Sequence record: NC_061443.1
Strand: one strand, 5' to 3'
DNA length: 64,000 nt
The stretch's first letter is position 1. Each line of letters starts with the position of its first letter. Positions 28,354 to 37,130 of the stretch are shown in pieces. The position numbers were made by a program, and so were the translations under genes. Under the pieces are notes generated by a model that saw only the letters and a list, made by a program, of their open reading frames with translations, did no database searches and was not told the origin of the DNA.

Positions 28354-30483
28354 ATGATCATCAAGCCGCCTACGATGAAGGAAATCAACAAGCTGGATAA
28401 ACCCTGGCGTGGTATGAGTTTCTTCGCAGGTTGCGGTGGGTCTTCTACCGGCCACAAGATGGCCGGTATCAACATCCTGTTGAGTAACGAGTTCGTGGAC
28501 TCTGCCCGCGAATCCTATGAAGCGAATCACCCAACCACAAAAGTGCTGCCGCATGATATTCGTCGTCTGGACCCAAGCAAGCTCATGCGTTATTGCGGGC
28601 TGGCAAAAGGCGAACTGGATTTACTTGACGGCAGTCCTCCATGCTTTACCGAAGACACCATCATTCATACAGCAGACGGCATGAAGTTCATCTCGGACAT
28701 GAATGTCGGCGATCAAGCAATGACCTCAGTCGGTCGTTACTTCCCTGTGTACGATACAATGGTTCGTCCATACGTCGGCACAATGCACAAAGTCGAAACG
28801 CTGTTGGGCGCAAATAACGCAACGCCTGAGCATCCATTCTTCGTAAGACGTAACACTGCTCCTGGTGAGTACGGCGAACCGTTCTGGTGTGATGCGAAAG
28901 ACGTGCAGGAAGGTGATCTGGTCGGTACTCCACGCACGACTCCTGATATGGGTCTTGCTGTGTACGAAGACCAGCTGGCTCAACTGCCTAAGCAGATCGC
29001 CGAGTGGGTAGTGTTCCCTGAGTTCTGGTGGATGATTGGTCACTGGTGCGACCGTGGTTCGATTGAAACTGTTAGCGGCGTTGAAGTCGTTAGCTTTGAA
29101 TCTCATTCCAGCCTTGAGAACGCAATGATTGAGCAGTCGTTTGACGCGCTTAAAATCAGTAGCCTGAATCGTATCGACACAAAGACAGCACAACGCAAAA
29201 CGTTCCGTATCGTTATGGACGCAGAGCTGGTGCAGTTCTTACGTCGCTTCGTGTCTCAAGGTAACAATCGTTTCTCTCGCCGTCTGCCTGCAATGATCTT
29301 TCACTTGTCGCCTGAGTTGAAGCAACAATTCATCTTAGGCTGCGCTGGTCATGACTACGTGACTGCGATGGGCGCTAGTCTGTCTATCACATCAGAGAGC
29401 CGTCGCTTCCTGATTGAGATGAACTACCTGTGCTGTTCAGCGTTCAACAGACCTCTGTTTGACGGACTGATTTGGGGCGACGTTTACTTCGGTAGCTCCA
29501 TGACTCCTCGTGAGCGCAACAGTGCCAAGCCTCTTATTGGCTATTTGTTCCTGCAGGACGAGCCGCATTACTTCTTCGAGTTCTCTGATACTGATCCTCA
29601 CATCTGGGTTGAAGTAATTGAGAACCTCGCGTATCAGGCAACCTGTGACGTGTACAACTTCTCCGTTGAGACGGACGAGACATACGTTGCAAACAGCGTG
29701 GTCGTTCACAACTGCAAAGGTTTCTCTACTGCTGGTGTGAAGGAAGAAGGCTGGGGCAAAGAGGTGAAGTACAGCGACAACAAGTATCAGCAGGTAGATG
29801 ACCTGTTCGATCAGTATTGTCGTATGCTGGGCGGGATGCAGCCGAAAGTGTTCACTGCGGAAAACGTTAGCGGCCTCGTTAAAGGTGCGTCGAAAGGCTA
29901 CTTCCTTGAAATCATGAAGGAGTTCGACAAGCTGGGCTACTACGTCCGGGCGCCAATGCTTAATGCTGCGTGGCTTGGTGTGCCTCAGTCTCGTGAGCGT
30001 ATCATCTTTATGGGTGTACGCAAAGACGTTGCCCATGCGCTTGGATATAAGACGGCTGCTACTGCTGTGCCTGACGTTGTACCGTGTGACAGCATGGCGT
30101 TTCTTGCCGATGCTCTGCCGAACATCCTGCGTTACAAATCAACGAAGAAAGATATCATCACGTATCTTCCTGCGATGAACGGTCCGATGCCTACGATTAC
30201 TGCCGCCGATGCGATTGCATACGAGACTGCGCGTTTCTCGTCTGCTGGCTTCGTCGAAGATAACAAAGGTCATCGACGCAAGCTGACTATTGATGAACTC
30301 AAAGTTATCTCTGGGCTGCCGTCAGACTACAAACTGAAAGGCAAGTTCGAAGAACAGTGGGAACGTCTTGGTCGTATCTGTGTGCCTGCAATGACACACG
30401 CTGCGGCTAAAGCGTTAATCGAACACGTCCTGATTCCTTATGCGAAGAAGCGTAAGAAGAAGCCTGGCGATATCTTTAAGTAA
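28354..30483 (+). CDS. C5-cytosine methyltransferase homologue, predicted DNA carboxymethyltransferase, intein-containing
   Basis: motif I FFAGCGGSS, motif IV GSPP-C, VI ENVSGL, VIII QSRERI, IX RKLTIDE, motif X WERLGRICVP (Arg for canonical Asn). Confidence 0.85.
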   Translation: MIIKPPTMKEINKLDKPWRGMSFFAGCGGSSTGHKMAGINILLSNEFVDSARESYEANHPTTKVLPHDIRRLDPSKLMRYCGLAKGELDLLDGSPPCFTEDTIIHTADGMKFISDMNVGDQAMTSVGRYFPVYDTMVRPYVGTMHKVETLLGANNATPEHPFFVRRNTAPGEYGEPFWCDAKDVQEGDLVGTPRTTPDMGLAVYEDQLAQLPKQIAEWVVFPEFWWMIGHWCDRGSIETVSGVEVVSFESHSSLENAMIEQSFDALKISSLNRIDTKTAQRKTFRIVMDAELVQFLRRFVSQGNNRFSRRLPAMIFHLSPELKQQFILGCAGHDYVTAMGASLSITSESRRFLIEMNYLCCSAFNRPLFDGLIWGDVYFGSSMTPRERNSAKPLIGYLFLQDEPHYFFEFSDTDPHIWVEVIENLAYQATCDVYNFSVETDETYVANSVVVHNCKGFSTAGVKEEGWGKEVKYSDNKYQQVDDLFDQYCRMLGGMQPKVFTAENVSGLVKGASKGYFLEIMKEFDKLGYYVRAPMLNAAWLGVPQSRERIIFMGVRKDVAHALGYKTAATAVPDVVPCDSMAFLADALPNILRYKSTKKDIITYLPAMNGPMPTITAADAIAYETARFSSAGFVEDNKGHRRKLTIDELKVISGLPSDYKLKGKFEEQWERLGRICVPAMTHAAAKALIEHVLIPYAKKRKKKPGDIFK
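28642..29712 (+). mobile_element. intein (357 aa) with degenerate LAGLIDADG endonuclease
   Basis: starts CFTEDT, block B ATPEHPF, ends VYNFSVETDETYVANSVVVHN followed by Cys; endonuclease helices read MIGHWCDRGS and FILGCAGHD. Confidence 0.92.
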
Positions 30484-30622
30484 GGGCATATATGTTCTGG
30501 CTTGGACTTGGCATTGGTGTCGTATTGGGTCTGATTATCGCAGCCCTGATTCTGATTTACTACTTCAAAGACTTTGCGGTCTTTCGTTAATCAATAGGAC
30601 AAGGAAGTCCAGGAGGATTGAA

Positions 30623-31189
30623 ATGTCATACACTATCAAGCGTGACCTGATGATCGCGTTCGTACAAAACGATCAACTGCAATGCGCTTCAATTAAAGTG
30701 AAAGCAAGCGGCAACGAAGATGTGTTTATCTATAGCGCGTTAGGTGGATTGCAGGCATTGCTCAACACGAAGATCTTCACGCAGAAGCCTACGGACGTTG
30801 ACCTGCTGCCGACGCTTGAATATCGTCAAGCTGCGCACTGCCTGTACTCTGACACGGGCATTCTGAAACGTCTGGAGAACATCTTCTCCAAAGACGGCGT
30901 GACAATCAAACTGGTCGATAAGCAGAAAGACAGTGTGCTGTCCGTTGCCTCCCTGTTCTGGATTGATCGCAAAGACATGGTGGCCTGTCAGGTGCTTGAG
31001 ACAGACCTGGAGAAGCATGACAAGAAAACGTTAATCGTCACCGAAGACCTCGATGTTGATTACGTTAACTCACCTGTTGTGATTCCGTACGATGCGGACG
31101 CCCAGTGTGTTCACGATACCTATCTGTGTGAGCGCGTGTATACTCTGCACGGCTGGAACGAAACCGTCACCTGCGCTGTAGGTAAATAA
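30623..31189 (+). CDS. hypothetical protein
   Basis: AGGAGG RBS before ATG 30623. Confidence 0.65.
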   Translation: MSYTIKRDLMIAFVQNDQLQCASIKVKASGNEDVFIYSALGGLQALLNTKIFTQKPTDVDLLPTLEYRQAAHCLYSDTGILKRLENIFSKDGVTIKLVDKQKDSVLSVASLFWIDRKDMVACQVLETDLEKHDKKTLIVTEDLDVDYVNSPVVIPYDADAQCVHDTYLCERVYTLHGWNETVTCAVGK

Positions 31190-31190
31190 C

Positions 31191-31358
31191 ATGGTACGCT
31201 ACCCGATAATCTTCTTCGCTACATGGATTCTGGTAGCGTACTCGTTATCGACAGTGGACGTTTCTGTAGAGTGGTGTGAAAAGATAGGCATGGTGTGCGC
31301 TGCGTTCTTCACCCACTTCGAAATGAAATGGCAACAATTCATCAGGCGACAAAACTGA
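31191..31358 (+). CDS. small putative membrane protein (55 aa, not in ORF track)
   Basis: MVRYPIIFFATWILVAYSL...; starts 2 nt after upstream stop. Confidence 0.4.
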   Translation: MVRYPIIFFATWILVAYSLSTVDVSVEWCEKIGMVCAAFFTHFEMKWQQFIRRQN

Positions 31359-31452
31359 TGGAAGTTGGTCAACTCGACCAGTAGTTAACTGGTAATCTGA
31401 AACGGTGTGCGACACAAAAGTGATCGCGCCCTCTACCTAAAAGGTATGTACT

Positions 31453-32190
31453 ATGACCAAGCAACACACTTCTTATAGCTCTGCGTTTGCAATCGGTGAG
31501 ATGGCTCTGTTGTCTCTCGATAACTTCGGCCAGAACAAAGTACCGTACGGCGTAGTTGATGGCTGCATGGCATACGGCGAACAGCGCATGTATCGTGTCT
31601 CGTTGTTTGTGAACGACGGTCCTGAGTCAAACCCATCTGCGTTCTTGCATCAGGGCCGTCCAGTCGATGGGTTCATTGCGTCTGACCTGAAAGCAGTTGC
31701 TGATCAGTACGTTGACCACATCGGTCATGTGGGTCGTTTCGAACAGCCCCACCATAAACTCGGTGACTCGCTGTTTATATCTGGTCAGTTGGTAGAAGTT
31801 GATATCGATCTCGAACTTGATGGTGAGTATGACAAGTTCAACGTGCCTGTGTTGATCACTGGCGTTACTTACGTCGAAGGTAAAGTGCTGTACGAAGTGA
31901 GCATTCAACGTGCCTACTACAATGACGGACGTGTTAACGGTGGTCGTTTGGTGCGTGACACACTGAGCAACGTCGATAGCATCTACATCAAGCCGCTGAA
32001 TGGTTGGCCGAAGACCTGCCTAGAACAGGAAGGTGATGCAGCGTTGGTCATTAAAAGCGATGGCTCCATCACGATTGATGGTGCTGCGGATGTGGTAATC
32101 ACCGCAAACACTATTGCGCTCGAACCTGTAGTATCAGGCAGAACGTCCGGACTCGTAGAGAACCGGAGCAACGTGCCTCGTTCTAAGTAA
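31453..32190 (+). CDS. hypothetical protein with two similar beta-rich halves
   Basis: AAGG RBS; YRVSL / YEVSI repeats. Confidence 0.6.
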   Translation: MTKQHTSYSSAFAIGEMALLSLDNFGQNKVPYGVVDGCMAYGEQRMYRVSLFVNDGPESNPSAFLHQGRPVDGFIASDLKAVADQYVDHIGHVGRFEQPHHKLGDSLFISGQLVEVDIDLELDGEYDKFNVPVLITGVTYVEGKVLYEVSIQRAYYNDGRVNGGRLVRDTLSNVDSIYIKPLNGWPKTCLEQEGDAALVIKSDGSITIDGAADVVITANTIALEPVVSGRTSGLVENRSNVPRSK

Positions 32191-32196
32191 GACCTG

Positions 32197-32221
32197 TGGG
32201 TGGCTTCGGCTGCCCATTTTT
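32197..32221 (+). terminator. Rho-independent terminator
   Basis: TGGGTGGC-TTCG-GCTGCCCA-TTTTT. Confidence 0.85.
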
Positions 32222-32258
32222 GTATCTGAATACTGTAAATATCTGACAGGAGGATCGT

Positions 32259-32597
32259 ATGGAAAAGAAAGTAGAGGAACTGAGGCAGTATGTGCTCAAG
32301 CGTGTCAATGAGAACGCAAGCCCAGACCTGAACATAAGCGAAGAAGCTATTCAAAGTCATGCGCGTGACATTGTTCAAGGCATAATGAAGTCACTGTCCG
32401 AGGATAAAATACGAGGCTTCAAGGTTGTGTGTGATAGTTCAAACAATCCGCAGTATAACATAGACAACAACATTTTGACTATGGACCTGCTGATTACCGA
32501 CCCGGCTTTAGCCAAAATAATCTTAGAGGGAAACAACAATGCTAAAACGTCTGTTAGCTTTATTCAAACGGAAGCCGTCGTCTCAAAAGACGTTTGA
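32259..32597 (+). CDS. stand-alone tail-sheath C-terminal domain-like protein
   Basis: IRGFKVVCDSSNNPQYNIDNNILTMDLLI matches T4 gp18-type C-terminal motif; AGGAGG RBS. Confidence 0.6.
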   Translation: MEKKVEELRQYVLKRVNENASPDLNISEEAIQSHARDIVQGIMKSLSEDKIRGFKVVCDSSNNPQYNIDNNILTMDLLITDPALAKIILEGNNNAKTSVSFIQTEAVVSKDV

Positions 32598-32997
32598 AGA
32601 AAAGCTGGAGAAACTTAGTGAGCCTGTTCGTCCACTGGACCGAGGCTTCGCTAAGGATGAACCAGCCCTGCGTATGCACCGCTCATTGCATCCAGGTCAT
32701 ATTCAACCCCTTCCTCGTTCTCAACGCAAACCTAAAGTCGAGCCACGTCGGCATCAGTTTGAAGGTCGAGGTATGTCGCGTAGCGCTTCGGTCGAAAGCC
32801 GTATACGAAACGACGATGCGTTCATGCACGGCCTTATGATGCAGTCTGTGATAAACAACACAACGTCGCATCGACTGCCTGATATTGATACGTGCTCGAC
32901 TCCGCAGCACACTCCTTACCATACGCCAAGTGGCGGGTACGACACAACTCCGTCAGACAGTGGCGGTAGCTTCGACGGCGGAGGTTCATGTGATTAA
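32539..32997 (+). CDS. hypothetical protein, low-complexity C-terminus
   Basis: GAGGG RBS; ends SDSGGSFDGGGSCD. Confidence 0.6.
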   Translation: MLKRLLALFKRKPSSQKTFEEKLEKLSEPVRPLDRGFAKDEPALRMHRSLHPGHIQPLPRSQRKPKVEPRRHQFEGRGMSRSASVESRIRNDDAFMHGLMMQSVINNTTSHRLPDIDTCSTPQHTPYHTPSGGYDTTPSDSGGSFDGGGSCD

Positions 32998-33331
32998 ACG
33001 TCTAATGAACTGGATAGGCTTGATGCTTATCTCCAAGTCCAATCAGCGCAAGCTCCGTCAACACGAAGCTATGATGCGGGCCTGCACCGATGTATATGAT
33101 TGGTGCGGCGCAGACTTCCCTCAAGCAGCCGAAGCAGTTGAGTATGTTCGTACACGCGCTCTGGGTTATGAGAATCGTTTGAACATCCACAACGGTCGAA
33201 TCATGTCTCCATACGAAGCGCACACGGGCATTAGTGATTGGCGTGAAGCGATGCGCCGTAAATACAAGAACCTGCCTGAGCTTGACTTCGACGGCAAGGA
33301 CTTCAAAGTCAAAAGTGTCAGTGTTGATTAA
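32990..33331 (+). CDS. hypothetical protein
   Basis: GGAGG RBS, GTG start. Confidence 0.55.
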   Translation: MIKRLMNWIGLMLISKSNQRKLRQHEAMMRACTDVYDWCGADFPQAAEAVEYVRTRALGYENRLNIHNGRIMSPYEAHTGISDWREAMRRKYKNLPELDFDGKDFKVKSVSVD

Positions 33332-33339
33332 GGACCATC

Positions 33340-33525
33340 ATGAGCAAAGACGGTGACCGCGAGAAACTTCAAGAGTTCCGCGACGAGTTAGATCAGGACT
33401 GCGACCCACAAGAGGAAGAAGACTTCGACTTTTACGATGATTGTCCTCTGCAAGATGCTTGCTGCGCTGCGCCTCATTGGGACGAAGATGGAGTGTGTAC
33501 GCACTGCGGTTCTGACCCACGATAA
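33340..33525 (+). CDS. small acidic Cys-rich protein
   Basis: CC...H...CTHC; AAGGA RBS. Confidence 0.55.
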   Translation: MSKDGDREKLQEFRDELDQDCDPQEEEDFDFYDDCPLQDACCAAPHWDEDGVCTHCGSDPR

Positions 33526-33555
33526 CCGAACAAACCATATACCGAGAATAAAACT

Positions 33556-34020
33556 ATGGAAATGAACAAAGATACGAACATTGTGGTCATGGATAAAGAC
33601 ATGTACCGCACGTTATTACAATACGCACATTGCGGTGAACGCGATTGCGGGCCTGCATTCTTCGGGAAAACAGTGGAACAAATTCAAAAGCATGTAAGTC
33701 GCTTCAATCTTGCGCAGCACGATCAACATCTGGCTGCGTTGAAAGTTGAGCGTCTGACCAAAGTGGAACGTCGTCGCTTGGTTAAGGTTGCGCGTCGTAT
33801 GAGTTCGCAGCGTGAGACAGTGCGCTACATGGCTGACCACGACCAGCGTCTGATCTTCCCTGTGATGATCATCGGTAAGACGAGCGACCAACTGCGCTTG
33901 AAATACCGCAGTCTGTGCGACGGTTGGGAATCTGAGGTACGTCTTCCATTCGTGTATGAGACACGCGAAGAACTCCCAGCCGACTACCGTGTTGTCCAAG
34001 AAGGGGAGCGCATCGAATGA
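33556..34020 (+). CDS. hypothetical protein
   Basis: in-strand ORF coupled to next. Confidence 0.55.
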   Translation: MEMNKDTNIVVMDKDMYRTLLQYAHCGERDCGPAFFGKTVEQIQKHVSRFNLAQHDQHLAALKVERLTKVERRRLVKVARRMSSQRETVRYMADHDQRLIFPVMIIGKTSDQLRLKYRSLCDGWESEVRLPFVYETREELPADYRVVQEGERIE

Positions 34021-34214
34021 AACTGCACGAGATTATATTCGTTACCAGCACATTCGCCTGCGTCTTGACGTGGTGTTTGTACCAGAACGATCTGTGGTGT
34101 GAACGCAACATCACGACGCACCAGCGTTCTACTAAGATACGTTGGGCGTTCATCATCTGTGCTGCAATCTTCTTTGTTAGCTTGGGCTACAATTCCTATC
34201 TGGAGTGGCAATGA
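34017..34214 (+). CDS. small two-helix membrane protein
   Basis: two hydrophobic segments; ATGA overlaps both sides. Confidence 0.55.
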   Translation: MKLHEIIFVTSTFACVLTWCLYQNDLWCERNITTHQRSTKIRWAFIICAAIFFVSLGYNSYLEWQ

Positions 34215-34618
34215 TGAAAGCACTGTCTATTCGTCAACCCTGGGCGTGGCTGATTGTTCAGGGCTACAAGAAGATTGAGAACCGTACGTGGGACACGAAG
34301 AAGCGCGGACGTTTTCTCGTTCACGCCTCGTCTAAGCGTCCGTCTGATCACGACATGCAAGCAGCCAAAGAAATCTGCGATAGCCTGAATATTGCTCTGC
34401 CTGAAAAGCAGGAGTTTGTGCTAGGCTCTATCGTGGGTTATGCCACTGTGTGCGGTACAGTCACGCAGTCAGACGACCCGTTCTTCTTCGGTCCTGTAGG
34501 CATTCAGTTGAAAGACTGCCGAGCAGTAGAACCAATTCGCTTCAAGGGCGCCCTCAGTTTCTTCAACACACCGTACTGTGTTATAGGCGGTAAGGTAGTT
34601 CAGTCACCACGATGCTGA
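34211..34618 (+). CDS. ASCH domain protein
   Basis: ALSIRQPWAWLIVQGYKKIENRTW...IHAS-like VHAS, KGALSFF. Confidence 0.9.
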   Translation: MMKALSIRQPWAWLIVQGYKKIENRTWDTKKRGRFLVHASSKRPSDHDMQAAKEICDSLNIALPEKQEFVLGSIVGYATVCGTVTQSDDPFFFGPVGIQLKDCRAVEPIRFKGALSFFNTPYCVIGGKVVQSPRC

Positions 34619-34827
34619 GACCCATACTCGTACCTCATCAAGGCAATCTCGTTCTGGCACATCTTGTCAACGAAGACCGCACGGAAGTTTATTTTGTGCG
34701 TCACTTGACTGTTAGAGGTGTGACTATGTGCCAGCTTGGCCTAGTACCTGTTGAGAACGTTACGTTCCTGTATGGCTACTCGCCTACTGTGGATGATTTC
34801 TCTGTGGTACAACAGATGCGCAAATAA
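34612..34827 (+). CDS. hypothetical protein
   Basis: ends just before terminator. Confidence 0.5.
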   Translation: MLRPILVPHQGNLVLAHLVNEDRTEVYFVRHLTVRGVTMCQLGLVPVENVTFLYGYSPTVDDFSVVQQMRK

Positions 34828-34831
34828 TATT

Positions 34832-34856
34832 AGGGTGGCCTTTGGGCTGCCCTTTT
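34832..34856 (+). terminator. Rho-independent terminator
   Basis: AGGGTGGCC-TTTG-GGCTGCCC-TTTT. Confidence 0.8.
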
Positions 34857-34893
34857 GCGTAATTTCTCCCCAGATCGCCAGAGGAGAAGTATC

Positions 34894-35877
34894 ATGTTAT
34901 TTGCAATAGGGTCCGCCCGGAAACGATTCGATGACCACCAGAACAGCGCCCTTTGTTATGGTGCCGTGTTCGACAGCAATGTAACGAAAGACCAAGCGCT
35001 TTCAGATTGGGCCGGTAACGTTGCTCGTGCTGTAGCTGTCTGCAACACCAAAGCAGGAAACAATCTGACGACAGGACAAGTGCAGGGCCTAAAAGGCAAT
35101 CGCCTGTACGCCGCCACACTGTTTAGTCCAAACGTCAAACGTAGCTATGGTGATGCTAACTATGCTTTGTTTCTGACTGACTTGCGTTTGGTATTAGCAG
35201 CACCGGTCGCGATCAATACGACAGCGCCTGTTGCTATGGGTGAGAATGGTTTCATACTAGCCGAACGCTGTGTAACTTATATGTTTAGAGCTGGAGGTAC
35301 TCCTCAACTCTATAGCACATACAACACGGCTCAGAGCTACAGCAGCCGAGCAGGCGGTGATGTTATCTATACAGTCACCAACGTTAGTTCATTGCACTAC
35401 ACACGTACTGCACGTATGCCTACGACACTGACAGGAGGTGTGACCACATCAGGTTCAGATATAACCGTGACGTCGGCAATCGGTTATGCTTCTGTCGGTA
35501 CTGCTCAATCTACTGGTCAATTTTTCGGTACGATTGATGGAGGTTATCGTTATCAGACTAGCGGCCGTAACGCACAGGGACAGTTCTTCACGAATGACCC
35601 AGTGTTTTACAACGGTAACGGTCTGTACGGCAATGGCGTTCCTCAGAATACAGACCGCAATCTCCGCATATCAATGGCGGTCAGCGGTGCAGATGAAACG
35701 CCCGTCGCTAAGTGGCTTGGTAACGTTATTCAAATAGGCAAAGACTATTTCATGATGCGTTATGAAATAGGCGCAGGCCTTGATGTGGAAAACGTAAACA
35801 CACTTGTGCCTGGAGATAGCGCGAGCTTCACGTACAAAGGAACCAACTTGTCTTATCCTGATCGCGTTCTAATGTAA
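34894..35877 (+). CDS. putative virion protein, displaced paralogue of the 53987-59960 family
   Basis: MLFA...GAVFDS N-terminus like MLFA...LYFDA / LFLFDS; T/G/S/N/Y-rich; GAGGAG RBS. Confidence 0.5.
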   Translation: MLFAIGSARKRFDDHQNSALCYGAVFDSNVTKDQALSDWAGNVARAVAVCNTKAGNNLTTGQVQGLKGNRLYAATLFSPNVKRSYGDANYALFLTDLRLVLAAPVAINTTAPVAMGENGFILAERCVTYMFRAGGTPQLYSTYNTAQSYSSRAGGDVIYTVTNVSSLHYTRTARMPTTLTGGVTTSGSDITVTSAIGYASVGTAQSTGQFFGTIDGGYRYQTSGRNAQGQFFTNDPVFYNGNGLYGNGVPQNTDRNLRISMAVSGADETPVAKWLGNVIQIGKDYFMMRYEIGAGLDVENVNTLVPGDSASFTYKGTNLSYPDRVLM

Positions 35878-35885
35878 GGACGATT

Positions 35886-36287
35886 ATGCTACCGCTTGCA
35901 CCAAAGACCCAAGTAGTCAGTATGCGCAACGGCAATAAGAACTATGATGTTCGTATTGACCGAGAGACCAAGTGGGGCAACAAGTTCTACATGGTAAAAG
36001 AAACAATCGCGGAACGTGACCGTGTATGCGACGAGCATGAAGTTGATTTGTGGGAGAAGATAGAGAATGGCGAGATACTGCTGCGTCATCTTCTCGAACT
36101 CTACGGAAAGAGACTTGGTTGTTGGTGCAGCCCCAAGCGATGCCACGGAGATGCTCTCGCACGAGCTGCCGAATGGGCATATCAGCTAAACTGTAAATAC
36201 GAGCGTATAAAACGTACTTACAGGAAACGCAGACGTGCTAATCAAACCAGAGCAAACAATATCAAGAAGAAAGTTTCTCGGTCGTAG
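35886..36287 (+). CDS. DUF4326 domain protein
   Basis: VRIDRETKWGNKF, LYGKRLGCWCSPKRCHGDAL. Confidence 0.85.
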   Translation: MLPLAPKTQVVSMRNGNKNYDVRIDRETKWGNKFYMVKETIAERDRVCDEHEVDLWEKIENGEILLRHLLELYGKRLGCWCSPKRCHGDALARAAEWAYQLNCKYERIKRTYRKRRRANQTRANNIKKKVSRS

Positions 36288-36294
36288 TCCTTCT

Positions 36295-36792
36295 ATGAAG
36301 GCTATTAGCTGGGAAGTATTCCAGTCCCAACGCGGGGATGGTGTGTATGGTCAGTTTCGCCTTGCATGGGGAGCAGACTGTATCACCATTCACGCCCTCG
36401 ACCAGACACGCAAAAACTATGAGTACGAGTATCTTGAGAAGCTGGACAAGATCATCGACGCACTCAAAGGATATGCGCCTGTTCTCGGCACAAAGAATCA
36501 CGCATCGTATCGTGAGTGGCTTAATCCTATTGAGACTGGCGCCACAGGCAGTCTGGCCTATCACTATGACGTGATCTCTCCTGAAAATCTCGTATTCTTT
36601 GAGCTTGCCTCATGTGACGGTAAGGTCAGAATCTACCCCCACCATTTCGGTCGTCAACCCCTACGTAAAATGCAGAGCTGTTTGGACGCTATCCGTGTGG
36701 AGTTAGTCAACCACAGGGCGTCATTTGTGCTGTTAATGCAAGCCATAGAATCTGTAAAGAATAGCTATACAGAACAAAATAAGGTGGTTTGA
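36295..36792 (+). CDS. hypothetical protein
   Basis: start uncertain. Confidence 0.55.
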   Translation: MKAISWEVFQSQRGDGVYGQFRLAWGADCITIHALDQTRKNYEYEYLEKLDKIIDALKGYAPVLGTKNHASYREWLNPIETGATGSLAYHYDVISPENLVFFELASCDGKVRIYPHHFGRQPLRKMQSCLDAIRVELVNHRASFVLLMQAIESVKNSYTEQNKVV

Positions 36793-36794
36793 CT

Positions 36795-37130
36795 ATGGCA
36801 CTAAATCATTTGCAATATGCCCTTGGTCTATTGGCCAAAGCGAGCGCACAGGTATCTCAGGCAGCACTTGACTGCCAACAGCATGGCTTCGATCATGTGG
36901 ACCCTAAAAGTCTCGTAGCACTGACCTCGCGTGAGCATCTACTCAGCGGTCTGGACGATGTTGCTGCGGCCGTGTTGTTCGTCGAGCGTGAAGCGGGTCC
37001 GCATTTCGAGTTCGTGCCTGATACTCGTCGTGCGCTTAACAAGATGGACCAACTGCGTTCCCAGCTGGGCTTCGCTATTGAATCCGGCAATGCAGAAGGT
37101 TACGAGGACGAGGAGGACGAAGAAGAATGA
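36795..37130 (+). CDS. hypothetical helical protein with acidic tail
   Basis: AAGGTGG RBS. Confidence 0.55.
   Translation: MALNHLQYALGLLAKASAQVSQAALDCQQHGFDHVDPKSLVALTSREHLLSGLDDVAAAVLFVEREAGPHFEFVPDTRRALNKMDQLRSQLGFAIESGNAEGYEDEEDEEE

Noticed and set aside
28354-30483. Plain Dcm 5mC methyltransferase call
   Set aside because: Motif X Arg plus cmoA in the same genome favours carboxy-SAM use; kept only as the alternative hypothesis.
30440-30622. Long N-terminal extension of the 30440-31189 ORF
   Set aside because: Overlaps the MTase end; strong AGGAGG RBS supports start at 30623.
31377-31394. Small inverted repeat ACCAGT-AGTTA-ACTGGT
   Set aside because: 6-bp stem, single copy, no U tract; within chance expectation.
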